DNA from: Neoechinorhynchus agilis
Taxonomy: Eukaryota; Animalia; Acanthocephala
NCBI GenBank assembly: GCA_051530055.1
Contig: JBMGUZ010000005.1
Span: 1-64,000, forward strand
Reading direction: 5' to 3'
DNA length: 64,000 nt
Shown here: positions 46,887 to 59,399 of the stretch, piece by piece
Layout of the letters: each line of letters opens with the position of its first letter
Numbering within the stretch: the stretch's first letter is position 1
Position numbers and translations under genes: made by a program
The notes under the pieces: generated by a model
Told to the model about the DNA's origin: nothing
Databases searched by the model: none
The model's input: the letters and a program-made list of their open reading frames with translations, nothing else

Positions 46887-48511
46887 AGCGTATGATATGG
46901 CGAGTTTTGAAAAAGCTCATACTATATTTCGGAGCGACATACATAAATTCGCGAGGACCGGAAAGTAGTAGATTATACAACTCTTGATCGCTCATCCACA
47001 ATGCTAATGAATTCTTAGTCTTAGGCAGAGCTTCGTTCATATATCCATTCACATTGTTACACTCATAACGGTCAGAGGAACCCAATATTGCCCAAATCCG
47101 AGACACTAAGAAATTCGACCATATCACATCGAACGATTAATTCAACTTAAGTCTCACCCTTTCGAAGCTCAACTTATTGCGGAAACCTTAATCTGCCCGA
47201 ACCACTCACGAGTAGAGGACGACACCTCGGATTGAGGCAGAAAGGGAAAATGACCCAATTATCAATTTAGGTCTACAAACATTGGGTAAAATGATATTAA
47301 TTTAGGCATGAGCCTTGGCGATAGCCGACACTCGTCGCATCCACGCAAGACTATATTGCAATGATAAATTTTATTAGCAACGTTAGACGTCTAAAATTCA
47401 ATTAGTTAGGACGCAACGTAGTGATCAAAGTTTAAGTTTTGATGAAATCCGATTTAAATCGGTTATAGAATTTGCTAGTTAAAAATCTCGTAGACTACTG
47501 GGATTTGGAATTAACTTTATTTCTCGTGAAAAATACTGAAGCAAATCCCCTGCACATATCTTTTGCTTTTCTTACTTAAAACAGCGCTTTAGAAAGGCCA
47601 ACTAATTCTTTGGGTTCACTCGAATACGGACGTTTGCTGATAAATACCGTGATTTGCCGGAAAGCAAATCGAGTTGTTTACAAAACATTTCAATGTTACG
47701 CTCTAATTATTATTTTATGTTCCGCCAATTTTCCCGATTGATGGGTTCTTAGACTCACAATCTCTCGCCGATGCATTTTTGTAATCCTTATTTGGTGCTA
47801 TATCCGCCTTCAATGACAAACGTTACGATGTCGGAGGTCCTTACTCATCCGAGATCATACTTCCATCTTTGTGATCAACAATATTCATTTCAAGCGATGC
47901 CACAATTTAATTTCAAAATCCAAGCGAATCAGCAAAACAATCTTGAGCCAAGAGTCTTCAATGGGTTCGTGAATTCCAGTCTCATTGGACTTTGTTTGCA
48001 GTTTTATAAGGGTGTATTCGCCGATCTTTTGAAAAAGGAGGAACTTTGCATACATTATCTCCTTGAAGTTGCTCACAATTCTCGAATACTCGGTACGGCG
48101 GAAGGTAATAAAAATGCCGACATTATTACAAAATACGTTAACGATTACTGCGAACGGAGCGCAAATCGCTTTAATGAAAATAATGACGAGAAACCAAGAC
48201 GAAAAAAGCACCACAGTAGAAGACGCAATAGACAAGGACGGTCGACCGAGAGTGGAAATTGAATGTAATACGGTAATCGATAGGCGTGATACTTTCATAA
48301 TTTTTTCTAAAATAAAGCATAGTCGCAATTTGAGTATGTATGGCGGTACCATGTCGAAACATTTATTTCGCAGACGACTCTCGGATGCTCGAATCAAGTA
48401 AGCATTGCACATGAGTATCTCGGCTCATCAAGTAAGATAAAAATTGAAATCGGTAAGCGTTAACTAGGAAAAATGACACATACAAAAATCAAAGGTTAAT
48501 ATATCCTCCGC
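46887..48511 (+). repeat. segmental duplication A, copy 2
   Basis: Direct repeat of 35526-37147; starts 15 bp after the end of block B. Confidence 0.95.
47771..48262 (+). CDS. unassigned 163-aa protein (paralog of 36410-36898)
   Basis: Frame preserved; differs by FNFKIQANQQNNL versus FNYEIQANQQNF. Confidence 0.4.
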   Translation: MHFCNPYLVLYPPSMTNVTMSEVLTHPRSYFHLCDQQYSFQAMPQFNFKIQANQQNNLEPRVFNGFVNSSLIGLCLQFYKGVFADLLKKEELCIHYLLEVAHNSRILGTAEGNKNADIITKYVNDYCERSANRFNENNDEKPRRKKHHSRRRNRQGRSTESGN

Positions 48512-48829
48512 GAATTTCTTGTTCATGACTGTTGTGCAGATGACTAGGCGAATCGTGCTCGCTACTTTATCGCCGTCAAAGTTAAAAAGTGCAACCCTTT
48601 TCGTTGTTTTTAAGAGAACTGTATCGACTTTAATGACACTTACGACTAATCGATCACTTTTTGTCTCGTTTATGATGTCGGATCTTTTTTGATTTCCTTA
48701 TTGTTCTAAACAGTTTAAGCTTTCGCTTTAAAACTCGTTTGTCGTTTTTACTCAGTGCACCAATTGTTCTCAATGCATCCTTCGTACTTCTCATTTGAAC
48801 AATTCTTCTAATATGTTTAAACAAGCGAT

Positions 48830-49570
48830 GATAGCACTTGGTCGATATTATGCATATGGGCCGAAAAATGGAGGATGCTATCAAAAGCAAGATAGGAACA
48901 TGTTCGATATGTCAAGCGAATCAACCGAATAAACCGTTGGGCCAGCGAGGTCCACGTGTACACGCTTCCATGGATTCGTTGGCCAATCCCAACTCCCATT
49001 GCTCGAAGCTTCAACTTAGCTTTGGTGAACCTAATTGTGACCATAATTTCTCTGATATTATCGATATAGCCGCATACGTATCGTACTCCATTGTCACGAA
49101 TCGTCCATTTACTTCCAGACTGATGCTTTCTGCTACCGCATGTATTGATCCTTCCATATCCTCAATATTGTTAATCGTAATATCGTCCTCCATGGAACCA
49201 TTGATTTTACCTAATGATCTTTTTCGATTTCGGCAACAACGTCTGATATGTCCTTTTTGATTGTAACCATAACATTTCACATCTCTTGCCCAACATTCCC
49301 AAGGTTTCATGTGCGTAAAGCTTCCGCATCTTTCACAACTCGCGTTCGTATTTTGAACCCTCGGGCTTCGATTTCCTGTTCTGGTCCTCGCGATTCGATC
49401 GACATTCGATTCCTGATGACTCGTGTGACCTTCAACCCCAAGCTCTTGTATCACTCCTTTCGTCCTCTGAGCTATCTCAAATGTCGTGGCTAACTTTAAC
49501 ACTTGCTCAAATGTTGGGTACCTCACCGTTGATGCTCTCTTCATTAACTGTCCACTGTATGTGTGGATCT
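48830..49570. mobile_element. Ty3/Gypsy remnant: gag zinc knuckles + protease (minus), integrase Zn finger (plus)
   Basis: CERCGSFTH and CYGYNQKGHIRRCC knuckles; VNGRFVTMEYDTYAAISI protease; plus-strand RYYAY.PKMED.I...CSICQANQP. Confidence 0.8.
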
Positions 49571-49574
49571 TGAC

Positions 49575-49830
49575 TGTTAAGTTCAGCATTTAGTGAATCT
49601 CTGTTGTTGTTTGAATCAGTCAGAATGAATACATCGTCCACATAACGCCACCACCGATTTACATGACTATGAAGCTCCAAGATAGTAGACTCCCAATCTC
49701 GTATGTAGATGTTGCCCAAGGTTGGGGCTAATGGCGATCCCATGGCTACACCATCTTTTTGATCGTAGAAGGCACCGTCAAATTCAAAGGCAGTCAAACT
49801 CGTGCACCATGGAATTAAGGACTGCCACGT
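49575..49830 (-). mobile_element. Penelope-like RT fragment
   Basis: FEFDGAFYDQKDGVAMGSPLAPTLGNIY...WWRYVDDVF. Confidence 0.9.
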
Positions 49831-50149
49831 ACAGTGATCCAGACGCGGTTCACTACAATTCTTAGATATAGTAACTTAGCCGATAATTCGAAGTAAATCC
49901 ATATTGCATCTTAAGTCTTGAAATTCCTGTAAATATCCTTCACGATAACATTCGGGTGAAAAGTAATCCTCTTGTGGCGATTCACATATTGAGAATCAGT
50001 TTTATTTTGTAATATTTCGTGGGCAACCGCGTAAGTACGTGACGCACACCTTTATCAGCGAAACGGCAACGAACAAACTACGACCGTTGGTTCGAAGCTC
50101 CCCCCAACCAGGATTGTGTGTCGAAAAGGGGTTTCTTTAGCCGGTTTGT

Positions 50150-50800
50150 GAGTGAAGAATTGTGGGGTTTACAAAATCGATTGCCTTAAGTGTGGAAAAC
50201 AATATATAAGGCAAACTAAGCAAGATTTGCACAAACGAGTGACCCAACGTAAGAGTACCTGCTGACGATTCGATCATTCTTCCGCCATTTCGAATCACGA
50301 ACAAACACCCAACACACAGGGTCGATTTTGAGGGCGCTCTGGCCACGGAACGACTTCTCTCGCGGAGATTGGTCTTAGAGGTGGTATACATTGATTCCGT
50401 GGATACAATGGAAGGCAATAAAGGTAATTTTGCACTGCGATTGTCATCAAGGATATCAACGTAAGGAGGAAAGGCGGATACCCAATCGTAGGGGGTTCGT
50501 GCGGCAGGGAGGATGAGATCTGGGTTGATTTTCAAGGGGCTGTGGAAAGATTTTGTGATGAGTTTTTATGTTTAGATACGAAAGGAAAGTTGTGAAGGAG
50601 TTTTCATCTCCTCTTAAAAAGGGAAGGCTACAAGCAGTGATAGACAAAGCCCTAAAACTGCTAAACAGACGGGACGAACTTTCCACACGTCGATGTCGCT
50701 ACTTTAACAAACTTTACAACTCCACGCGCCTTTGTAGATTCCTGAAGAAGCCGTAAGACGGTGAAAGCTCGGAAATAAAGGTTTTCTTTATTATTACACC
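50150..50800 (+). mobile_element. Penelope-like GIY-YIG and 3' region
   Basis: GVYKIDCLKCGKQYIRQT...RRLVLEVVYI...MEGNKGNFALRL; hammerhead and AATAAA (50774-50779). Confidence 0.8.
50739..50773 (+). ncRNA. minimal hammerhead ribozyme motif (PLE-type)
   Basis: TTC-CTGAAGA-A-G-CCGT-AAG-ACGG-T-GAAA-GCT-C-GGA; palindromic AGCT. Confidence 0.65.
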
Positions 50801-53339
50801 AGTCCGTTTCAGTGTTAATTCAAAAACAAAACTCCAAAAAAAGGTATAGATGTAAGCCCATTTTATGGAAAGGATTTTCTTTAGACTGTAACTCTTTATG
50901 TTATTAGAATTTTTAACCAGGAACGGTGGTATATTAGTCTCTAGTTCTTTTTGGTGCACTTTCACTCACGTTTACATTACAATCACATGGAAGTGTTCAT
51001 TTACATTAACCTAAAGATTTCCCGGTTCATTTGGAGGATATGTCGTCTTAAATCTACCGACCTTATTTCGAATATGGTGAATGCGGTGTGCTCTTGAGTC
51101 AATGTGCGGTCAAAAATGAACATTTCATTTTATACGCTTAACAAAGCAAGCTAATCAAGTTTGACGGATGACCGTATTTATGAACAAATGTCGTTCAGTT
51201 TGTGCATGAACATTTAGAAAAGATGTACATTTCTGCTTGTGTTTTTGAAAAAATGCTTCATCAATCTCAATGATTTTGTTCGTACCACTTTTTATAACAA
51301 CAAATCAATTACAGTATTCGGATCTCTTACTGCCAGTTGCTAGTTTTATAGAAGACTATTCAATTTCTAAAAAAGTCAACTTTTCCTCTTGAAAGTTTGC
51401 TACCCCTATAAACTGGGAATCCGTTGACTGCTGAAACTGTCAATAACCACCATTTTTCCAAATTCAGGTTTTGCCATGAACTATTTATACTTCCGAACGA
51501 GCAATTGGATATGGGTCCATGCTAGCCGATCTCAGTAACACGCGCGTACCCGATATTCTCGTTTGCTCTCATTCAGCATAATAATTAATAAATTCTTTTA
51601 ATTTTTTACCCTATAAACAAGCACGAATTTTTTAATCGAAAAATGGGATCTTTTCTCTAGCGATCCGTCACTGAAGTCGACAATCTACAGTTGATTCGCT
51701 TGTCATTTTACGAATTCTATTGATTCTCGTTTGTCAATAAAGTCGCACGAGATGTCTGTTTTGTGATTGAACACGGGTGGAAATTTTTGGCTTCAAATTG
51801 TTACGGATTTATAGTTCTGAACGATTATTTAAAAAACTTTCACCGCCAAAAAAGTGTACATTAAAGTTCGCTGAAATGTGCTAAATAGAATAGTTGAGTT
51901 TTGTGAAAGTCGTGACAATGACTACTTTGCTTTCGACAACGATGAAATTTATCTTATAGAAGATGATGTTACTGTAATCATCAGGAATTCACTAGAGTAA
52001 AAAGCTTTAAAACTTTATCGTTCTAACCTGTTTTAGGTGGTATTGAAGCAAGTAAATGAACGGAACCCCGTCATTTTTAGCCATTTAACAATTAGAAACT
52101 TCATCAGAATAATCGTGATCATTCAATTTCCAACACAACGCTGACATTTATTCTTACGGTCGTGTAATTTTCGCCTTCTATTTTACACTTGCCATTTGGC
52201 CGATATCCGATCTTTCAATAAAAAGGTGAGCGATTTTAATAAATTGTTTTAGTGCAACCAAACTTTCATTACTAAAAATGCTTAACTACTACAAGTTCGA
52301 ATCAAAACTACTTGATTGGAAGCTTAAAAAGAACTTGTCATTTATATTAAATAGATGTAAGAATTACTTTAACGAGCAAAATAATAAATTTAAAATAATA
52401 ATATTTAAATATATGTTTTCAATCTTGAATGAATTTTTCTATAAAGGTTCCAGAAACTTTTAAAAGATCGCACCACGCACGATGTTGAAATAAATGTAAT
52501 TTTTGTATTGGGATAACATGCGCGTTAATAATAATAATTTAATATGACAAAATTAAATAACTGACAACAAAAATTAAAGATTTTAAACGAAAATCCCTCC
52601 TAATTTGTGCATTAAATTTACTCATAGAAAATATGTCCGTAAAAGAAAAACAGTTTGACGAGTTAAGTTCTAAGAAAATGTTTTTTTAACTGCTAAAAAT
52701 TACAAGGCGAAAGCGTTCTTGCGTAAGGTTTCTGTATATATTCATTTTCTGAAACCCAGCAATTGGCTTGATAGACCACCACAAGCCAGTACAAAACAAT
52801 TCAAAAGTAAAAAATCAATTTAAGTTTCAATAGCAACTAATACTTGCTATTTTTGAAAAAATTGTTTTGTATATTTTGCCATAGCAACCGCATGAGTTCT
52901 AACTTCATTTGTATAATACAAACCAGTACAAAAACTCTCTTATTTTCTTCTTTTTTTAACTTTGATAAACGTTTACATATAAATTGTTCTCGAAAATGGC
53001 CAAAACATCAAAACTGGAAAAGAAAACAAAAGGCAGTTAGGACAAGAAGCAGGGAACAAGTGAGTCGAATGTAGAGAAATCAATTATTGCTCTACACGAA
53101 GTCTCACCAATTGACACGGTGGTCTATAGCAGAAGATCGGTATCGCGGAATTGCACAATGTGCCAAGGACTGGATTACACGGTTAAACGAGTCGCTCATG
53201 AAGATGCGGATATTTTTTTAAAATCATATGTACTGCATTGATCGTTTTATTCATATTTTTCCGCAATGAATTAAAACGTTGCAAAATTTCAGTGCAGTCT
53301 AAGAATTCTTAATCCTAAAATCCCTTTATTCGACTTCTT

Positions 53340-53668
53340 TTAGAACTTGGACATTTTGTGGCACTCCGAATTACCTTGCAATCGAAATTTTGAGGTAAAG
53401 GGCTTGCAAAAACAAAGTCGATTTGTGGTCATTAGGAATACAGGCATACGAGATACTGACCGGATCAACCCCGTTAAACGGCTCGTCGTTTGAAGAAATT
53501 TCAAGACAAATTTTGTGTGGAGTGATTTGTTATCCGCCGAATATAGATGTAAAAGTAAAAGATTTCATTCAAAGGTTGTTAGTACGCGAATCTCACAGGC
53601 AGCTTGGCCCCGCCAATTATGGATCAACTGAAGTCAAGCGACACCCATTTATCCGGAATTCATTTTGA
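53340..53668 (+). pseudogene. PKA/PRKX-like kinase C-lobe fragment
   Basis: RTWTFCGTPNYLAIEI, WSLGIQAYEILTG.TP, VKDFIQRLL...LG...GSTEVKRHPF; frameshifted. Confidence 0.8.
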
Positions 53669-53744
53669 TATAATAGATTTCTGATAGCAGGATCGATGGT
53701 TTTGAATGGAATGGTCTTCAATATACAAATATCTAAGAATTTGA

Positions 53745-56580
53745 GGATAGCCGCGCAAATAAACATAACAAAAACAACTGGTACGTATAATGTTCCAAAT
53801 GCGCGAGATATTTACGTAGAATGCCACACTCGATAAAAAAACGCATGGGTATTCCAATGTGTATTCATGGAAATTAACAAACAATTACCGCTTGGATAAA
53901 TTTGTCCAAAAGCGTGCCCCTTCAGATTTATAAAATAATAACAAATTTGATCATTTGTTGTCATTATGGGAAAAGGACAACAATTCGTAAAAAACATATA
54001 TACAAATACATACGAAGTCAAAGATAGCACCGCATATAAGAATAATCAAAACAACTGTTGTGTATAATGTTCCTACTGCGAAAGATATATACGTACCATG
54101 CCGCAGTCGATTAAAAAAACAACGCATGGATATTCTAATGTGTATTCATATAAATAAACAGAAAAGTACCGCTTAGATAAAGTGATCCAAAAGCGTGCCC
54201 TTTACATTGATAAAATAAAAACAAAGATGATTTGATGTCATTATAAATAAAAGCACGAGCATTCGTACCCAACATATATACAAATACCTAAGAAATTGGA
54301 TATTGCCGCGCAGAAAAGCAAAAATAAAAACAACTGGCGTGCATAATGTTATTAATGCGACAGATATATACGTAGTATACCGCATTGCATAAAAACAACA
54401 ACGCATGGATATATTTACGCTTGTGCAATCCCCTGTTTACAAATGTATTCAATCAATCTTCATTTCTCGACAATTAACACACCCACCACCTCCCGCCGAA
54501 TTCCAGCTTTTGTCCTTCCTCGACCGTCGCCATCACGCTGGCAGCATTGCCCCGTTGTACTGCTAGTGAGATATTTTGTCGAAGGAATACGCCTCCTCTT
54601 GAGTCTCCGGTTGCCTCTCTCAATTTCTTCGAGAGATCCTGGAGCAGAGAGAGTGCCGAGCTGCCGAGCACTCCATACGTCTCTACCCCAAAGGGGACAA
54701 AATAGTGAGCCCTCGATAAGTGAAGATATTTCCGTATTTTCCTCCCTTCCGCTGCACTAACGGCACCACCGGCGATTTCGAGGGAGTAGGGGATGTTGCT
54801 TTCTGCGAGGGTATCCACACACGTGGCGTCCCAGAGAAGGCATTTGCCCTCCCGCCACGGGAAGACCGAAATTCCATCGGGCCTACGGCCGTCTTGTCTA
54901 CAAAGGTGGGCGAGTTCCAGGATGTTGGGGAAGTTCGCCGTTCTCAACGTTCGAGAAATTGCGTCATTGATTTCAGAATGGCGTGAGAACCTTCCTGCTG
55001 ACCTTCTGCAGACGAGACCGTGTCGCCCGAAAGCATCAACCAAAGACCCACATCGACAGCGAAGGGGCGTGCATATCGGGAGACCAAGTCTTAAGGATAC
55101 TGCGATACTCGTTACCTCGTCAGTAAGAAGAGTTCCCACTGATGCCAGAGGAACAGCCTCCAACCACGCCCCAGATTCTCGTGTTGAAACTGCCCATAGT
55201 CTAGATCGGACGACCCCATCGCGAGAACCGGAAAGTTGAGAGCTGTGAGCTCTCGCGACAAGAGGTCCGTCCCAGATCGACTGTCTGAGGCCATTCACGG
55301 GAACATGGTTAGCGCCTGTCTGCTGGCACCATTCCTCAACCGCCACCACGAAATCCCGGTCAAGACAGAACTTTTCCTTTAAAATGTTCTTCGAGACTGG
55401 TAGGCTCCCCTCAAACGATCCAAGAAATGCCGGCAAAGCAAGGTCGACTAGTGCCCGAATTCCCAATCCCCCAGATGACACAGGCAAAGAAGCTTGTCGC
55501 CACGCCTCATCTGAGAGCTGGACATTTAAAATACGCTCGAGGCATGCCCTCACCTTATCGTCCAGCTTTGCCAATCCTTTTTTGTGTTTGAAAAATGTTG
55601 CTGTGCGAACCTTGTACAATAATTTGGGGATGAAGAGCGCGTTCTTTATGAGAAACAAGGCTTCATGAGCCGAGAGAGCGCACACCCTATCGCACAGCAA
55701 CGAAAGTTTCGGTATGATATGGCCGATCTCATCTTCCACATTGGAATCGAAGACGCAACTGCCCAGAAGGCTGAGTTGTTCCCGAGTCACGAGTTTCAGG
55801 TCTGGAGCTACGGCCGCGAACCCAGCCATTAATTCTTTTACTTTGGCGGCGTCTCCAATATTCAGTACAAGGAGCTCACATTTTCCAGCATTGAGCTCAA
55901 TGTCCATCTTCGAGGTCTCCCTAATCAGCGTCTCCAAATCGCGCAGTACAACGGAAGGATCACCTCCGAGCGTAGCGTCACCCAAGTACCAAGCGTTGAA
56001 GCTGGAATGGAGAGAATGCGATTGGACCGAGGGGATCTCCTTGCTGCACTCCTCTTTCGGACCAAATGAGGTGGTCTTCGAAAAGCAAAGGAGTCGCCGT
56101 CCCGTAGGCATTGAGAAAATACTGCAAAACTTCTGGTGCGTGATCCCTAATTGCGACGAACATACTTTCTCTATTGAGAGAGTTAAGGGCGTGCCGAAAA
56201 TCGATCCTAAGAATCACGCACGGCTCTGAGCAAATAAATAAACAATTACCGCTTAGATAAAATGATCAAAAAGCGTTCGCCTATACATAGATAAAATATA
56301 AAAAAAGTGATGATTCATGTCGTTATGAATAAAAGCACGAGCATTCGTACCCAACATATATACAAATACCTAAGAATTAGAGATAGCCGTGTAGAAAAGC
56401 AAAAATAAAAACAACTGGCGTGTATAATGTTCCTACTGCGAAAGATATATACGTACCATGCCGCATTCGATTAAAAAAACAACGCATGGACATTTTTATG
56501 TGTATGCATGTAAATAAATAAACATATACCGCTTAGAGCAAATGGTCAAAGCGCGTGCCAGTTTACATTTATACAATATG
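53745..56580. repeat. diverged ~279-bp tandem repeat (about 4 units) interrupted by a CRE-like element
   Basis: Anchor AAAACAACTG(G/T) recurs at ~53771, ~54048, ~54328 and ~56408; phase continues across the insert. Confidence 0.85.
54440..56229 (-). mobile_element. 5'-truncated CRE-like RLE non-LTR retrotransposon (RT + CCHC + PD-(D/E)XK endonuclease)
   Basis: IDFRHALNSL, GVQQGDPLGP, WYLGD (catalytic D lost), PKLLYKVRT, LPVSSGGLG, CRCG...GRHGLVC, RHSEIN, RPDG, PW..G..LLWDAT, FVPFGVETYG. Confidence 0.92.
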
Positions 56581-56624
56581 AAAAAAGTACAACACAGAGA
56601 AAACTGTAGCATAGCTACGATGAA

Positions 56625-56910
56625 ACAAATTTTACATTAACGAACGTGAAGGACATCCACGAACTTTAACTGGAGAGCAATATGCGATTCGCGTGAAGGC
56701 ATTGATTGAAGAGGATCATCGTCAAGTAATCAGTTCAATGTCTTACTGACTCACAATGGATTAGGTCTCAGCGACGTCCAATTCTTCATTGTTTGTTTTT
56801 CTCCGGAACACAGTTGAACGATCCGGAGTTTCACCTCCGACATGTTTTTTCATTCTTAGCAAAAACTCATTTGCACTGCGGCTTTTCGCGACCTCACACC
56901 GGAAAATGTC
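56625..56910. mobile_element. mariner-type transposase HTH remnant in two oppositely oriented pieces
   Basis: Minus strand: KSRSANEFLLRMKKHVGGETPDRSTVFR. Plus strand: NEREGHPRT....RVKALIEEDHR (cf. D..R.GRP...V...I..D.R). Confidence 0.55.
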
Positions 56911-57899
56911 GAAAAAGCGCAACCGCAACAGTTTTACGTATAAACATCTGAACGTATACAAAACACCTCGTGAACATTTTGCGTAACAACGAAAAGGAAC
57001 AGTTAGCATATTACTTGGTTGTTGTTTCCTTGACGCGTGTAAGTGTCTTCCGTGTATGTTATGTGACGTAATAGCATTTTCACTACGTGACGTGTAGTCA
57101 ACGAAAGACGGTGCACTCTTGTGTCCCATTAAGTATATTTGTTTTGAGTTCAAAACGCAACATGAATACCGAGCTAAGAAATGCTTTGATTGAGCACTTA
57201 GAGGTTGTCGCCTTTCGTGTGCAGGGAATGTTGGTCCTCGTTCAGTTTTGCACCGGCTACAAAAATAAGCTACAATCAACAAGGAAATTCGGTTTTTGAG
57301 GTCGCCTGCGAAGATTTATTTTTATGTCTCTACCTTTCAAAATCGGTTGATTGAATGATAACAGACATATTTTCTGATCAATTTGCCTGCTAGTCCATTA
57401 AAACGAAATCCTCAAATGTGATCGGCAAATTCAAAGGTGATAAATCGGTCTGAGTTTAGCGGCGTTAAGGATGAGGTCCCATGAGTCTTTAAAAACGTAA
57501 ATCGAAAAATTCAAAACATAAATTTTGGCGGATCTTATTATCTTGGGATAAATGGATAATCATATTAACACAATAAATCAATATATATTAACACCACGAT
57601 TGCAACGAATTAGCAAATTAATCGATTTGAGTTGGACTATTAATATTCGTATAGAAAACTATGGACAAACCTTTAATTTGTCCAAGATTACTTTTCGTAA
57701 TACATTGAACATCTCGATATTTGATTTACTCGCATAAGCAAGGCAACAGATCAGCGAGCTCACAAAAATTAACTTAAATTAAATCTTGATATCAAAATCC
57801 ACTTCTTGAGCATTCTTTCGTTTTCGTCCCTCTGACGAAACAAAAATTGATCCTTTTGATTCATTCAATGACCATCCAAAGAAGGTTTTTGATGAAACT

Positions 57900-58754
57900 C
57901 ACAACACGATCATTTTGCGTTAAAAATATATGAAAAGCCCCACTTCTTCCAAACTAGATAAACAAAGCGAACAGTTAACGAAAAGGCAATGCTGAGTAAT
58001 ATATTTCTTTAAAATATTGTGGATTTCTAGGCATCGTATAAGTATAACGGCCATTTGTACATTGTGATCAAATTAATGCCAACCGGAGATTTGTATGAAC
58101 ATTTGCGTGCAAAACGACGATTTAGTGAAGAATAAAATAGATTTATCATAGCTCAAATTGTCGTCGTTTTTGATTATTTGCATCGGATTAAGGTTGCTCG
58201 CAGAGAAATAAAGCCTAAGAATATTTTGGTCCAAGACAACGGCTAAGTAAAAGTAAGCGACTTCGGATTCGCTAAATTCTTAAACGGGAATACGATGAAT
58301 GCTTGTGGAACTGCTGAATAAATGGCTACAAAAGTGATCTCACGGCTTGGATATACCCTCAAGTGGAGATTGGTGAGCACTTGAAGTTTTGGCCTACGAT
58401 CTCGATGTAGGATACACGCCCTTTGTGGCATCAGATGAAGCGAGAATTTTGGCCAAAGTTCAATCAGGAAAGTTTAAAGTTCCTGACAATTTCTCAGCCG
58501 AGCTTAAGTATGTCGTAAGCCGGCTATTGAAATTCAATCCAGATAAGCGATATGGATGCGGGAAAAGTGGAACTGATCAGGTAAAGGCTCTTAAGTTCTT
58601 TGAAGTTAATGACTATTGGAAGTTGTTCCGAGGAAAGTTTGCCATTATCTATAAATCTGGTAATGATCAAATCGAAAACAAACTAAAGGAACCGTTCATT
58701 TCATCGACTAATCCATCTTTTGATCACTACCCTCACGTATTTTATGAACTTTGA
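57900..58754 (+). pseudogene. PKA catalytic subunit-like kinase pseudogene (copy 2)
   Basis: LYIVIKLMPTGDLYEHLRAKRRFSE, FIIAQIV..FDYLH, EIKPKNIL, DFGFAK, CGTAE; in-frame stops; no introns evident. Confidence 0.88.
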
Positions 58755-59082
58755 ACAGTAAAGCTTTTCCATTGTTTTCCGATCGTGCGAAGGGAAGTAA
58801 ATTTCGTATTTAGTCGTATTATCATTAATAAATTTTCAATTTCGACAAAAATTAACCTGTGTTAAAAGCCTGAAAACGCTTGTGTACATATTGTAAAACC
58901 CAGCCCACCGTTATCTCGGGAAAAATCTAATACGAATGTATATTTTTAAAAGAATTGTTAAAAATTACATCATCCAATGAGATTATAAAATTACAAATAC
59001 TTTAGTTTTAATAAACCAATCACATTAAAAGTTATTCTCAATGGCGAATTGTAACACACTCGGGCTTTATTTTACTCTTCAT

Positions 59083-59118
59083 TGCGAATTTTCAAAGCCT
59101 CAGCCTCCTTCTCAAGCA
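59083..59118 (-). ncRNA. minimal hammerhead variant (duplicate of 44967-45002)
   Basis: Exact reverse complement of the 44967 motif. Confidence 0.55.
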
Positions 59119-59399
59119 TCTAAAAATTGATGTGGTGGGGGTACCTAAGTTGGTTGCCTTGACTCGGGTGCGCTGGACCGTCGATTCCCGAGGTGATGTC
59201 TCACCCCTGCGCAGACGACCCATGGAGATTCCTCGTTGGAAGTCTTAGAGCATGATTGCTCTTCTTCCTTTCAACTGTGTCCTCCATGCCAATGAGCAAA
59301 GCCTCTTTTATCAACCTGCTTTGTAGGTTTGCAGGAAACATCTTCAAACGAGCCATAAAAATCGCAAACAATGTCCATTTGATTAGGAAGGACATAGAG

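Noticed and set aside
50800-53300. AT-rich stretch with small ORFs (50714, 52278, 52844)
   Set aside because: Low-complexity composition, no motifs, no repeats detected by eye.
54474-56111. 545-aa ORF as an active RT-endonuclease
   Set aside because: Its N-terminus is off-frame, a deletion separates RT motifs 4 and 5, YxDD reads YLGD, and the element is 5'-truncated.
54443-56229. Plus-strand ORFs overlapping the CRE-like element, and similar overlapping ORFs over other TE remnants
   Set aside because: Antisense or alternative frames of GC-richer retroelement coding sequence.
53745-56580. Spliced-leader RNA gene array as CRE target
   Set aside because: I found no SL-like exon plus GT donor or Sm-binding site in the unit; a covariance search would be needed to exclude it fully.
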